64,000 nt of DNA from Eledone cirrhosa (Eukaryota): contig OZ024757.1 in the NCBI GenBank assembly GCA_964016885.1, positions 4,154,001-4,218,000 on the forward strand. Reading direction: 5' to 3'. Below the pieces are notes generated by a model, which saw nothing but the letters and a program-made list of their open reading frames with translations, did no database searches and was not told the origin of the DNA. A program made the translations under genes and the position numbers. Shown here piece after piece: positions 1 through 15,000 of this stretch (its first letter is position 1; every line of letters begins with the position of its first letter).

Positions 1-3000
1 GTCCGTATTATCAGAGCTGTGATCTCTCAATCCAGAGGCTCTTTCCTCCGACATTCTAACCACATGTCTGTATATCAGAGCTGTGATCTCTCAATTCAGA
101 GATTCTTTCCTCAGACATTCTAACCACATGTCTGTAGTATCGCAGCTGTGATTTCTCAAATCGGAGTTTTTTTCCGAAGACTTTCTAACCACATGTCCAT
201 AGTATCGGAGCTGTGAACTCTCAATCCAGAGATTCTTTCATCAGACATTCTAACCACATGTCTGTTGTCTCAGAGCTGTAATCCCTCAATTCAGAGATTC
301 TTTCCTGAAACATTATAACCACATGTCATTAGTATGAGAGCTGTGATATCTCAATTCAGAGATTCTTTCCTCAGACATTCTAACCACATGTCTGTATTAG
401 CACAGCTGTGATCTCTCAATTCAGAGATTCTTTCCTCAGACATTCTAACCACATGTCAGTAGTATCGGAGCTGTTATCTCTAAATCATCAAACATTCTAA
501 ACACATGTGTGTAGAATCAGAGCTGTGATATCTCAATTAAGAGATTCTTTCCTCAGACATTCTAACCACATGTCCATAGTATCAGAGCTGTGATCTCTCA
601 ATTCAGAGATTCTTTCCTCAGATATTCAAGCCACAAGTCCATAGTATTAGAGTTGTGATCTCTCAACTCAGAGATTCTTGCTGACACATTATAACCACAT
701 GTCTGTAGTATCAGAACTGTGATCTCTCAATTCAGAGATTCTTTCCTCAAACATTCAAGTCACATGTTCATAGTATTAAATCTGTGATCTCTCTATCCAG
801 CGATTCTTCCTAAGACATTCTAACCCCATGTCCATAGTATCGGAGCTGTGATCTCTCAATCCAGAGATTCTTTCCTCAGACATTCTACCCACATGTCCAT
901 AGTATTAGAGTTGTGATATCTCAATTCAGAGATTCTTTCATCAGACATTCTAACCACAAGTCTGTAGTATCGGAGCTGTGATCTCTCAATCCAGAGATAC
1001 TTTCCTCAGACATTCTAAATACATGTTTATAGTATCGGAGCTGTGATATCTCAATTCAAAAATTCTTTACCGAGTGATTCCAAACATATGTCTGTAGTAT
1101 CAGAACTGTGATCTCTCAATTCAGAGATTCTTTCCCGAGACATTATAACCACATGTCTGTAGTATCGTTGCAGTGATCTCTCAATTTAGAGATTTTTTCC
1201 TCAGACATTCTAAACACATGTCTGTAATATCGGAGCTGTGATCTCTCAATCCAGCGATTCTTTACTAAGACATTCTACCAACATGTCCATAGTATCAGAG
1301 CTGTGATCTCTCAATTCAGAGATTCTTTCCTCAAACATTCAAGCCACATATACATAGTATTAAATCTGTGATCTCCCAATCCAGCGATTCTTCCTCAGAC
1401 ATTATAACTACATGTATGTAGTATCTACTGTGATCTCCCAGTTCAGAGATTCTTTCCTCAGACATTCTAAATACATGTCTGTAGTATCAGAGCTGTGATC
1501 TCTCAATTCAGAGATTCTTTCCTCAGACATTCTAACCACATGTCAGTAGTATCGGAGCTGTGATATCTCAATTCAGAGATTCTTTCCTCAGATATTCTAA
1601 TCACATGTCCATTGTATCAGAGCTGTGATCTCTCAATTCAGAGATTCCTTCCTCAGATATTCAAGCCACAAGTCCATAGTATTAGAGCTGTGATCTCTCA
1701 ATTCAGTGATTCTTTCTTAAGACATTCTAACTACATGTCTGTATTATCAGCTGTGATCTCTCAATTCAGAGATTCTTTCATGAGACATTCTAACTACATG
1801 TCTGTAGTATCGGAGCTGTGATCTCTCAATCCAGACATACTTTCCTCAGACATTCTAAACAAATGTCTATATTATCGGAGCTGTGATCTCTCAATTTAAA
1901 GATTCTTTACCGAGACATTCTAAACATATGTCTGTAGTATCGGAGCTGTGATGTCTCAATTCAGAGATTCTTTCCCGAGACATTATAAACACATCTCTGT
2001 AGTATCGGAGCTGTAATGTCTCAATTCAGATATTCTTTCCTCAAACATTCAAGCCACATGACCATAGTATTAAATCTGTGATCTCCCAATCCAGCGATTC
2101 TTCCTAAGACATTCTAATCCCATGACCATAGTATCGGAACTGTGATCTCTCAATCCAGAGATTCTTTCCTCAGACATTCTAACCACGTGTCTGTAGTATC
2201 AGATCTGTGATCTCTCAATTCAGAGATTCTTTCCCAGACATAGTAATCAAATATCCATAGTATCAGAGCTGTGATCTCCCAATTCAGAGATTCTTTCCTC
2301 AGAGATTCTAACCCCATGTCTATAGTATCGGAGCTGTGATCTCTAAATCCAGAAATTCTTAACTCAAACATTCTAAACCAATGTCCATAGTGTGGGAGCT
2401 GTGTTCTCTCAATTCAGAGATTCTTTCCTCAGACATTCTGACCACATGTCCATAGTGTCGTAGCTGTGATCTCTTAATTCAGAGATTCTTTCCTCAGACA
2501 TTCTAAACAAGTTTGTAGTATTCGAACTATGATCTCACAATTCAGTGATTCTTTCCTGATGCATTCTAACCACATTTTTGTAGTAGCAGAACTGTGATCT
2601 CTCAATTCAGAGATTCGTACCTCAGACATTCTAACCACATGTCTGTAGTATCAGAGCTTTGATCTCTCAATTCAAAGATCTTTCCTCAGACATTCTATCC
2701 CCATGTCCATAATATCGGAGCTGTGATCGCTCAACCCAGAGATTCTTTCCTCACATATTCTAACCATATGTCCATAGTATCAGAGCTGTGATCTCTCAAT
2801 CCAGCGATTCTTTACTAAGACATTCATCCACATGTCCATAGTATAAAAGCTGTAATCTCTCAATTCAGAGTTTCTGTCCTCAGGCATTATAACCACTTGT
2901 CTAGTATCATTGCTGGGATCTCCCCATTCAGAGATTCTTTCCTGAGACATTATAACCACATGTCTGTAGTATCTGCTGTGTTCTCTCAATTCAGGGATTC

Positions 3001-6000
3001 TTTCCTCAGACATTCTAACAACATTTTCATAGTATCGGATCAGTGATCTCTCAATTCAGAGATTCTTTCCTGTCACATTATAACCACATGTCTGTAGTAT
3101 CGGAGATGTGATGTCTCAATTCAGAGATTCTTTCCTGAAACATTCTAAACACATGTTTGTAGTATCGGAGCAGTGATCTCTCAATCCAGCGATTCGTTAC
3201 TAAGACATTCTACCAACATGTCCATAGTATCAGAGCTGTGATCTCTCATTCCAGCGATTCTTTACTAAGACATTCTTACAAAATTTCCATAGTGTCAGAG
3301 CTGTGATCACTCAATTCAGTGATTCTTTCCTGAGACATTATAACCATATGTCTGTACTATCAGAGCTGTGATCCCTCAATTCCGAGCTTCTTTCCTGATG
3401 CATTCTAACCACATGTCTATAGTATCAGATCTGTGATCTCTCAATTCAGTGAGTCTTTCTTGAGATATTCTAACCTCATGGTTGTAGTATCAGCTGTGAA
3501 CTGTCAATTCAGAGATTCTTTCATGAGACATTCTAACCACATGTCTGTAGTATCAATTCAGAGATCTTTCCTCAGACATTCTAACCCCATGTCTATAATA
3601 TCGGAGCTGTGATCGCACAACCCAGAGATACTTTCCTCAGACATTCTACCCACATGTCCATAGTATAAGAGCTGTGATATCTCAATTCAGAGATTCTTTC
3701 CTCAGACATTCTACCCACATGTCCATAATATCAGAGCTGTGATCTCTCAATCCAACGATTCTTTACTAAGACATTCTACACACATGTCCATAGTATAAGA
3801 GCTGTGGTCTCACAATTCAGAGATTCTTTCCTGAGACATTCTAACCACATGTCTGTAGTATCAGAGCTGTGATCTCCCAATTCAGAGATTCTTTCCTGAG
3901 ACATTCTAACCACATGTCTCTAGTATCGGAGCTGTGTTCTCTCAATTCAGAGATTCTTTCCTGACACATTCTAACCACACGTCTGTAGTATCGGGGCTGA
4001 GATCTCTCAATCCAACGATTCTTTCCTTAGAGATTCTAACGACATGTCTATAGTATCAGAGCTGTGATCTCTCAATTCAGAGATTCTTATCCTCAAACAT
4101 TCCAACCACATGTCTGTAGTATCGGGGCTGTGATCTCTCAATTCAGAGATTCTTTCCTCATATATATTTACCACATCTCTGTAGTATCTACTGTGACCTC
4201 CCAATTTAGAGATTTTTTCCTAAGGCATTCTAATCACATGTCTGTAGTGTCACAGCTGTGATCTCTCAAATCAGAGTTTCTTTCCTCCGACATTATAACC
4301 ACATGTCTGTAGTATCTACTGTGATATCCCAATTCAGAGATTCTTTCCTCAGACATTCTAACCACATATCAATAGTATCAGAGCTGTGATCTCTCAATTC
4401 AGAGATTCTTTCCACAGATATTCAAGCTATATGTCGATACTATTAGAGCTGTGATCTCTCAATCCAGAGATTCATTCCTCAGACATTCTAACCACATGTC
4501 CATAGTATCGGAGCTGTGAACTCTCAATTCAGAGATTCTTTCCTCAGACATTCTAAACTCATGTCTGTACTATCAGAACTGGGATCTCTCAGTTCAGAGC
4601 TTCTTTCCTGATACATTCTAACCACATGTCTATAGTATCAGAGCTGTGATCTCTCAATTCAGAGATTCTTTCCTCAGATATTCAAGCTATATGTCGATAG
4701 TATTAGAGCTGTGATCTCTCAATTCAGAGATTCTTTCCTGAGACATTATAACCACATGTCTGTAGTATCTGTTGTGCTCTCTCAATTCAGAGATTCTTTC
4801 CTCAAACATTCTAAACACATGTACATATTATGGGATTCTGTGTTCTCTGAATTCAGAGATTCTTTCCTCAGACATTCTAAACACATGTCCATAATATCGG
4901 AGCTGTTATCTCTCAATTCAGAGATTATTTCCAACGACATTCTAAACAAGTCTGTAGTATTCGAACTGTGATCTCACAATTCAGTGATTCGTTCCTGAGA
5001 CATTCTAAACTCATGTCTGTAGTATCCGCTGTGAACTCTCACTTCAGAGATTCTTTCCTGACACATTCTAACCACATGTCCATAGTATCGGAGCTGTGGT
5101 CTCTCAATCCAGAGATTCTTTCCTCAGACATTCTAATCACATGTGCATAGTATCAGAGCTGTGATCTCTGAATTCAGAAGTACTTCCTCAGGTATTCAAG
5201 CCACAAGTCCATAGTATTAGAGCTGTGATCTCTCAATTCAGTGAGTCTTTCTTGAGACATTCTAACCTCATGGTTGTAGTATCCGCTGTGAACTGTCAAT
5301 TCAGAGATTCTTTCATGAGACATACTAACCACATGTCTGTAGTATCGGAGCTGTGATCTCTCAATCCAGAGATACTTTCCTCAGACATTCTAAACACATG
5401 TCTATAATATAGGAGCTTTGATCTCTCAATTCAAAGATTCCTTACCGAGACATTCAAAACATATGTCTGTAGTATCAGAACTGTGATCTCTCATTTCAGA
5501 GATTTTTCCTGAGACATTCTAACCACATCTCTGTAGTATCGGAGCTGTGATGTCTCAATTCAGAGATTCTTTCCTGAGACATTCTAAACAAGTCTGTAAT
5601 ATTCGAACTGTGATCTCTCAATTCAGTGATTCTTTCCTGAGACATTCTATCCTCATGCTTGTAGAAAAAGCTGTGATCTCTCAATTCAGGGATTCTTTCC
5701 TCAGACATTCTAACCACATGTTCATTGTATCGGGGCTGTGATGCCTCAATTTAAAGGTACTTTCCTCAGAGATTCTAACATGTCCATAGTTTCTGTGCTC
5801 TGATCTCTCACTTCAGAGATTCTTTCTTGAGAGATTATAAACACATGTCTGTACTATCAGAACTGTGATCTCTCAGTTCAGAGCTTCTTTCCTGATGCAT
5901 TATAACCTCATGTCTGTAGTATCGGAGCTGTGATCTCTCAATTCAGAGATTCTTTCCTCAGACATTCTAACCACATGTCCATAATATCGGAGCTGTGATA

Positions 6001-9000
6001 TCTCAATCCAGAGATTCTTTCCTCAGACATTCTAATCACATGTCCATAGTATCGGAGCTGTGATCTCTCAATTCAGAGATTCTTTCCTCAGACATTCTAA
6101 CCACGTGTCTGTAGTATCAGATCTGTGATCTCTCAATCAGAGATTCTTTCCCAGACATAGTAATCAAATATCCATAGTATCAGAGCTGTGATCTCCCAAT
6201 TCAGAGATTCTTTCCTCAGAGATTCTAACCCCATGTCTATAGTATCGGAGCTGTGATCTCTAAATCCAGAAATTCTTAACTCAAACATTCTAAACCAATG
6301 TCCATAGTGTGGGAGCTGTGTTCTCTCAATTCAGAGATTCTTTCCTCAGACATTCTGACCACATGTCCATAGTGTCGTAGCTGTGATCTCTTAATTCAGA
6401 GATTCTTTCCTCAGACATTCTAAACAAGTTTGTAGTATTCGAACTATGATCTCACAATTCAGTGATTCTTTCCTGATGCATTCTAACCACATTTTTGTAG
6501 TAGCAGAACTGTGATCTCTCAATTCAGAGATTCGTACCTCAGACATTCTAACCACATGTCTGTAGTATCAGAGCTTTGATCTCTCAATTCAAAGATCTTT
6601 CCTCAGACATTCTATCCCCATGTCCATAATATCGGAGCTGTGATCGCTCAACCCAGAGATTCTTTCCTCACATATTCTAACCATATGTCCATAGTATCAG
6701 AGCTGTGATCTCTCAATCCAGCGATTCTTTACTAAGACATTCAACCACATGTCCATAGTATAAAAGCTGTAATCTCTCAATTCAGAGTTTCTGTCCTCAG
6801 GCATTATAACCACTTGTCTAGTATCATTGCTGGGATCTCCCCATTCAGAGATTCTTTCCTGAGACATTATAACCACATGTCTGTAGTATCTGCTGTGTTC
6901 TCTCAATTCAGGGATTCTTTCCTCAGACATTCTAACAACATTTTCATAGTATCGGATCAGTGATCTCTCAATTCAGAGATTCTTTCCTGTCACATTATAA
7001 CCACATGTCTGTAGTATCGGAGATGTGATGTCTCAATTCAGAGATTCTTTCCTGAAACATTCTAAACACATGTTTGTAGTATCGGAGCAGTGATCTCTCA
7101 ATCCAGCGATTCGTTACTAAGACATTCTACCAACATGTCCATAGTATCAGAGCTGTGATCTCTCATTCCAGCGATTCTTTACTAAGACATTCTTACAAAA
7201 TTTCCATAGTGTCAGAGCTGTGATCACTCAATTCAGTGATTCTTTCCTGAGACATTATAACCACATGTCTGTACTATCAGAACTGTGATCCCTCAATTCC
7301 GAGCTTCTTTCCTGATGCATTCTAACCACATGTCTATAGTATCAGATATGTGATCTCTCAATTCAGTGAGTCTTTCTTGAGATATTCTAACCTCATGGTT
7401 GTAGTATCAGCTGTGAACTGTCAATTCAGAGATTCTTTCATGAGACATTCTAACGACATGTCTGTAGTATCAATTCAGAGATCTTTCCTCAGACATTCTA
7501 AACCCATGTCTATAATATCGGAGCTGTGATCGCACAACCCAGAGATACTTTCCTCAGACATTCTACCCACATGTCCATAGTATAAGAGCTGTGATATCTC
7601 AATTCAGAGATTCTTTCCTCAGACATTCTACCCACATGTCCATAATATCAGAGCTGTGATCTCTCAATCCAACGATTCTTTACTAAGACATTCTACACAC
7701 ATGCCCATAGTATAAGAGCTGTGGTCTCACAATTCAGAGATTCTTTCCTGAGACATTCTAACCACATGTCTCTAGTATCGGAGCTGTGTTCTCTCAATTC
7801 AGAGATTCTTTCCTGACACATTCTAACCACACGTCTGTAGTATCGGGGCTGAGATCTCTCAATTCAGAGATTCTTATCCTCAAACATTCCAACCACATGT
7901 CTGTAGTATCGGGGCCGTGATCTCTCAATTCAGAGATTCTTTCCTCATATATATTTACCACATCTCTGTAGTATCTACTGTGACCTCCCAATTTAGAGAT
8001 TTTTTCCTAAGGCATTCTAATCACATGTCTGTAGTGTCACAGCTGTGATCTCTCAAATCAGAGTTTCTTTCCTCCGACATTATAACCACATGTCTGTAGT
8101 ATCTACTGTGATATCCCAATTCAGAGATTCTTTCCTCAGACATTCTAACCACATATCAATAGTATCAGAGCTGTGATCTCTCAATTCAGAGATTCTTTCC
8201 ACAGATATTCAAGCTATATGTCGATACTATTAGAGCTGTGATCTCTCAATCCAGAGATTCATTCCTCAGACATTCTAACCACATGTCCATAGTATCGGAG
8301 CTGTGAACTCTCAATTCAGAGATTCTTTCCTCAGACATTCTAAACTCATGTCTGTACTATCAGAACTGGGATCTCTCAGTTCAGAGCTTCTTTCCTGATA
8401 CATTCTAACCACATGTCTATAGTATCAGAGCTGTGATCTCTCAATTCAGAGATTCTTTCCTCAGATATTCAAGCTATATGTCGATAGTATTAGAGCTGTG
8501 ATCTCTCAATTCAGAGATTCTTTCCTGAGACATTATAACCACATGTCTGTCGTATCTGTTGTGCTCTCTCAATTCAGAGATTCTTTCCTCAAACATTCTA
8601 AACACATGTACATATTATGGGATTCTGTGTTCTCTGAATTCAGAGATTCTTTCCTCAGACATTCTAAACACATGTCCATAATATCGGAGCTGTTATCTCT
8701 CAATTCAGAGATTATTTCCAACGACATTCTAAACAAGTCTGTAGTATTCGAACTGTGATCTCACAATTCAGTGATTCGTTCCTGAGACATTCTAAACTCA
8801 TGTCTGTAGTATCCGCTGTGAACTCTCACTTCAGAGATTCTTTCCTGACACATTCTAACCACATGTCCATAGTATCGGAGCTGTGGTCTCTCAATCCAGA
8901 GATTCTTTCCTCAGACATTCTAATCACATGTGCATAGTATCAGAGCTGTGATCTCTGAATTCAGAAGTACTTCCTCAGGTATTCAAGCCACAAGTCCATA

Positions 9001-12000
9001 GTATTAGAGCTGTGATCTCTCAATTCAGTGAGTCTTTCTTGAGACATTCTAACCTCATGGTTGTAGTATCCGCTGTGAACTGTCAATTCAGAGATTCTTT
9101 CATGAGACATACTAACCACATGTCTGTAGTATCGGAGCTGTGATCTCTCAATCCAGAGATACTTTCCTCAGACATTCTAAACACATGTCTATAATATAGG
9201 AGCTTTGATCTCTCAATTCAAAGATTCCTTACCGAGACATTCAAAACATATGTCTGTAGTATCAGAACTGTGATCTCTCATTTCAGAGATTTTTCCCGAG
9301 ACATTCTAACCACATCTCTGTAGTATCGGAGCTGTGATGTCTCAATTCAGAGATTCTTTCCTGAGACATTCTAAACAAGTCTGTAATATTCGAACTGTGA
9401 TCTCTCAATTCAGTGATTCTTTCCTGAGACATTCTATCCTCATGCTTGTAGAAAAAGCTGTGATCTCTCAATTCAGGGATTCTTTCCTCAGACATTCTAA
9501 CCACATGTTCATTGTATCGGGGCTGTGATGCCTCAATTTAAAGGTACTTTCCTCAGAGATTCTAACATGTCCATAGTTTCTGTGCTCTGATCTCTCAATT
9601 CAGAGATTCTTTCTTGAGACATTATAAACACACGTCTGTACTATCAGAACTGTGATCTCTCAGTTCAGAGCTTCTTTCCTGATGCATTATAACCTCATGT
9701 CTGTAGTATCGGAGCTGTGATCTCTCAATTCAGAGATTCTTTCCTCAGACATTCTAACCACATGTCCATAATATCGGAGCTGTGATATCTCAATCCAGAG
9801 ATTCTTTCCTCACACATTCTAATCACATGTCCATAGTATCGGAGCTGTGATCTCTCAATTCAGAGATTCTTTCCTCAGACATTCTAACCACGTGTCTGTA
9901 GTATCAGATCTGTGATCTCTCAATTCAGAGATTCTTTCCCAGACATAGTAATCAAATATCCATAGTATCAGAGCTGTGATCTCCCAATTCAGAGATTCTT
10001 TCCTCAGAGATTCTAACCCCATGTCTATAGTATCGGAGCTGTGATCTCTAAATCCAGAAATTCTTAACTCAAACATTCTAAACCAATGTCCATAGTGTGG
10101 GAGCTGTGTTCTCTCAATTCAGAGATTCTTTCCTCAGACATTCTGACCACATGTCCATAGTGTCGTAGCTGTGATCTCTTAATTCAGAGATTCTTTCCTC
10201 AGACATTCTAAACAAGTTTGTAGTATTCGAACTATGATCTCACAATTCAGTGATTCTTTCCTGATGCATTCTAACCACATTTTTGTAGTAGCAGAACTGT
10301 GATCTCTCAATTCAGAGATTCGTACCTCAGACATTCTAACCACATGTCTGTAGTATCAGAGCTTTGATCTCTCAATTCAAAGATCTTTCCTCAGACATTC
10401 TATCCCCATGTCCATAATATCGGAGCTGTGATCGCTCAATCCAGAGATTCTTTCCTCACATATTCTAACCACATGTCCATAGTATCAGAGCTGTGATCTC
10501 TCAATCCAGCGATTCTTTACTAAGACATTCAACCACATGTCCATAGTATAAAAGCTGTAATCTCTCAATTCAGAGTTTCTGTCCTCAGGCATTATAACCA
10601 CTTGTCTAGTATCATTGCTGGGATCTCCCCATTCAGAGATTCTTTCCTGAGACATTATAACCACATGTCTGTAGTATCTGCTGTGTTCTCTCAATTCAGG
10701 GATTCTTTCCTCAGACATTCTAACAACATTTTCATAGTATCGGATCAGTGATCTCTCAATTCAGAGATTCTTTCCTGTCACATTATAACCACATGTCTGT
10801 AGTATCGGAGATGTGATGTCTCAATTCAGAGATTCTTTCCTGAAACATTCTAAACACATGTTTGTAGTATCGGAGCAGTGATCTCTCAATCCAGCGATTC
10901 GTTACTAAGACATTCTACCAACATGTCCATAGTATCAGAGCTGTGATCTCTCATTCCAGCGATTCTTTACTAAGACATTCTTACAAAATTTCCATAGTGT
11001 CAGAGCTGTGATCACTCAATTCAGTGATTCTTTCCTGAGACATTATAACCACATGTCTGTACTATCAGAACTGTGATCCCTCAATTCCGAGCTTCTTTCC
11101 TGATGCATTCTAACCACATGTCTATAGTATCAGATCTGTGATCTCTCAATTCAGTGAGTCTTTCTTGAGATATTCTAACCTCATGGTTGTAGTATCAGCT
11201 GTGAACTGTCAATTCAGAGATTCTTTCATGAGACATTCTAACCACATGTCTGTAGTATCAATTCAGAGATCTTTCCTCAGACATTCTAACCCCATGTCTA
11301 TAATATCGGAGCTGTGATCGCACAACCCAGAGATACTTTCCTCAGACATTCTACCCACATGTCCATAGTATAAGAGCTGTGATATCTCAATTCAGAGATT
11401 CTTTCCTCAGACATTCTACCCACACGTCCATAATATCAGAGCTGTGATCTCTCAATCCAACGATTCTTTACTAAGACATTCTACACACATGTCCATAGTA
11501 TAAGAGCTGTGGTCTCACAATTCAGAGATTCTTTCCTGAGACATTCTAACCACATGTCTGTAGTATCAGAGCTGTGATCTCCCAATTCAGAGATTCTTTC
11601 CTGAGACATTCTAACCACATGTCTCTAGTATCGGAGCTGTGTTCTCTCAATTCAGAGATTCTTTCCTGACACATTCTAACCACACGTCTGTAGTATCGGG
11701 GCTGAGATCTCTCAATCCAACGATTCTTTCCTTAGAGATTCTAACGACATGTCTATAGTATCAGAGCTGTGATCTCTCAATTCAGAGATTCTTATCCTCA
11801 AACATTCCAACCACATGTCTGTAGTATCGGGGCTGTGATCTCTCAATTCAGAGATTCTTTCCTCATATATATTTACCACATCTCTGTAGTATCTACTGTG
11901 ACCTCCCAATTTAGAGATTTTTTCCTAAGGCATTCTAATCACATGTCTGTAGTGTCACAGCTGTGATCTCTCAAATCAGAGTTTCTTTCCTCCGACATTA

Positions 12001-15000
12001 TAACCACATGTCTGTAGTATCTACTGTGATATCCCAATTCAGAGATTCTTTCCTCAGACATTCTAACCACATATCAATAGTATCAGAGCTGTGATCTCTC
12101 AATTCAGAGATTCTTTCCACAGATATTCAAGCTATATGTCGATACTATTAGAGCTGTGATCTCTCAATCTAGAGATTCATTCCTCAGACATTCTAACCAC
12201 ATGTCCATAGTATCGGAGCTGTGAACTCTCAATTCAGAGATTCTTTCCTCAGACATTCTAAACTCATGTCTGTACTATCAGAACTGGGATCTCTCAGTTC
12301 AGAGCTTCTTTCCTGATACATTCTAACCACATGTCTATAGTATCAGAGCTGTGATCTCTCAATTCAGAGATTCTTTCCTCAGATATTCAAGCTATATGTC
12401 GATAGTATTAGAGCTGTGATCTCTCAATTCAGAGATTCTTTCCTGAGACATTATAACCACATGTCTGTAGTATCTGTTGTGCTCTCTCAATTCAGAGATT
12501 CTTTCCTCAAACATTCTAAACACATGTACATATTATGGGATTCTGTGTTCTCTGAATTCAGAGATTCTTTCCTCAGACATTCTAAACACATGTCCATAAT
12601 ATCGGAGCTGTTATCTCTCAATTCAGAGATTATTTCCAACGACATTCTAAACAAGTCTGTAGTATTCGAACTGTGATCTCACAATTCAGTGATTCGTTCC
12701 TGAGACATTCTAAACTCATGTCTGTAGTATCCGCTGTGAACTCTCACTTCAGAGATTCTTTCCTGACACATTCTAACCACATGTCCATAGTATCGGAGCT
12801 GTGGTCTCTCAATCCAGAGATTCTTTCCTCAGACATTCTAATCACATGTGCATAGTATCAGAGCTGTGATCTCTGAATTCAGAAGTACTTCCTCAGGTAT
12901 TCAAGCCACAAGTCCATAGTATTAGAGCTGTGATCTCTCAATTCAGTGAGTCTTTCTTGAGACATTCTAACCTCATGGTTGTAGTATCCGCTGTGAACTG
13001 TCAATTCAGAGATTCTTTCATGAGACATACTAACCACATGTCTGTAGTATCGGAGCTGTGATCTCTCAATCCAGAGATACTTTCCTCAGACATTCTAAAC
13101 ACATGTCTATAATATAGGAGCTTTGATCTCTCAATTCAAAGATTCCTTACCGAGACATTCAAAACATATGTCTGTAGTATCAGAACTGTGATCTCTCATT
13201 TCAGAGATTTTTCCCGAGACATTCTAACCACATCTCTGTAGTATCGGAGCTGTGATGTCTCAATTCAGAGATTCTTTCCTGAGACATTCTAAACAAGTCT
13301 GTAATATTCGAACTGTGATCTCTCAATTCAGTGATTCTTTCCTGAGACATTCTATCCTCATGCTTGTAGAAAAAGCTGTGATCTCTCAATTCAGGGATTC
13401 TTTCCTCAGACATTCTAACCACATGTTCATCGTATCGGGGCTGTGATGCCTCAATTTAAAGGTACTTTCCTCAGAGATTCTAACAACATGTCCATAGTTT
13501 CTGTGCTCTGATCTCTCAATTCAGAGATTCTTTCTTGAGACATTATAAACACATGTCTGTACTATCAGAACTGTGATCTCTCAGTTCAGAGCTTCTTTCC
13601 TGATGCATTATAACCTCATGTCTGTAGTATCGGAGCTGTGATCTCTCAATTCAGAGATTCTTTCCTCAGACATTCTAACCACATGTCCATAATATCGGAG
13701 CTGTGATATCTCAATCCAGAGATTCTTTCCTCAGACATTCTAATCACATGTCCATAGTATCGGAGCTGTGATCTCTCAATTCAGAGATTCTTTCCTCAGA
13801 CATTCTAACCACGTGTCTGTAGTATCAGATCTGTGATCTCTCAATTCAGAGATTCTTTCCTCAGACATTATAACCACATGTATGTAGTATCTACTGTGAT
13901 CTCGCAGTTCAGATATTCTTTCCTAAGACATTATAACAACATGTCTGTAGTATCTGCTGTGATATCTCAATTCAGAAATTCTTACCTGACACATTCCAAC
14001 AACATATCCATAGTATCGGAGCTGTGATCTCTCAATTCAGAGATTCGTTCCTCAGATATTCTAACCACATGTCTGTAGTATCAGAGCTGTGATCTCTCAA
14101 TTCAGAGATTCTTTTGTCAGACATTCTAACCACATGTCTGTAGTATCTCAGTGATCTCTGAATTCAGAGATTCTTTCCTCCGACATTCTAACACATGATC
14201 AGAGCTGTGATCTCTCAATCCAGAGATTCTTTCCTGAGACATTATAACCACATGTCTGTAGTATCAGAGCTGTGATCTCTCAATTCAGAGATTCTTTTGT
14301 CAGACATTCTAGCCACATGCCTGTAGTATCGGAGCTGTGATCTCTCAATCCAGAGATTCTTTCCTCAAATATTCTAACCACATGTCCATAGTATGGGAGC
14401 TGTGATTTCTCAATTCAGAGATTCTTTCCTCGGACATTCTTACCACATGTCCATAGTATCGGAGCTGTTATCTCGCAATTCAGAGATTCTTTTCTCAGAA
14501 ATTCTAACTACAAGTATGTAGTATCAGAACTGTGATCTCTTAATTCAAGGATTCTTTCCTGAGACATTCTAACGGCATGTCTGTTGTATCGGAGCTGTGA
14601 TCTCTGAATTCAGAGATTCTTTACTAAGACATTCTAAACCCATGTTCTGTAGTATCGGAGCTGTGATCTCTCAATTCAGAGATTCTTTCCTCAGACATTC
14701 TAACCACATGTCCATAATATCGGAGCTGTGATATCTCAATGCAGAGATTCTTTCCTCAGACATTCTAATCACATGTCCATAGTATCGGAGCTGTGATCTC
14801 TCAATTCAGAGATTCTTTCCTCAGACATTCTAACCACGTGTCTGTAGTATCAGATCTGTGATCTCTCAATTCAGAGATTCTTTCCCAGACATAGTAATCA
14901 AATATCCATAGTATCAGAACTGTGATCTCCCAATTCAGAGATTCTTTCCTCAGAGATTCTAACCCCATGTCTATAGTATCGGAGCTGTGATCTCTAAATC

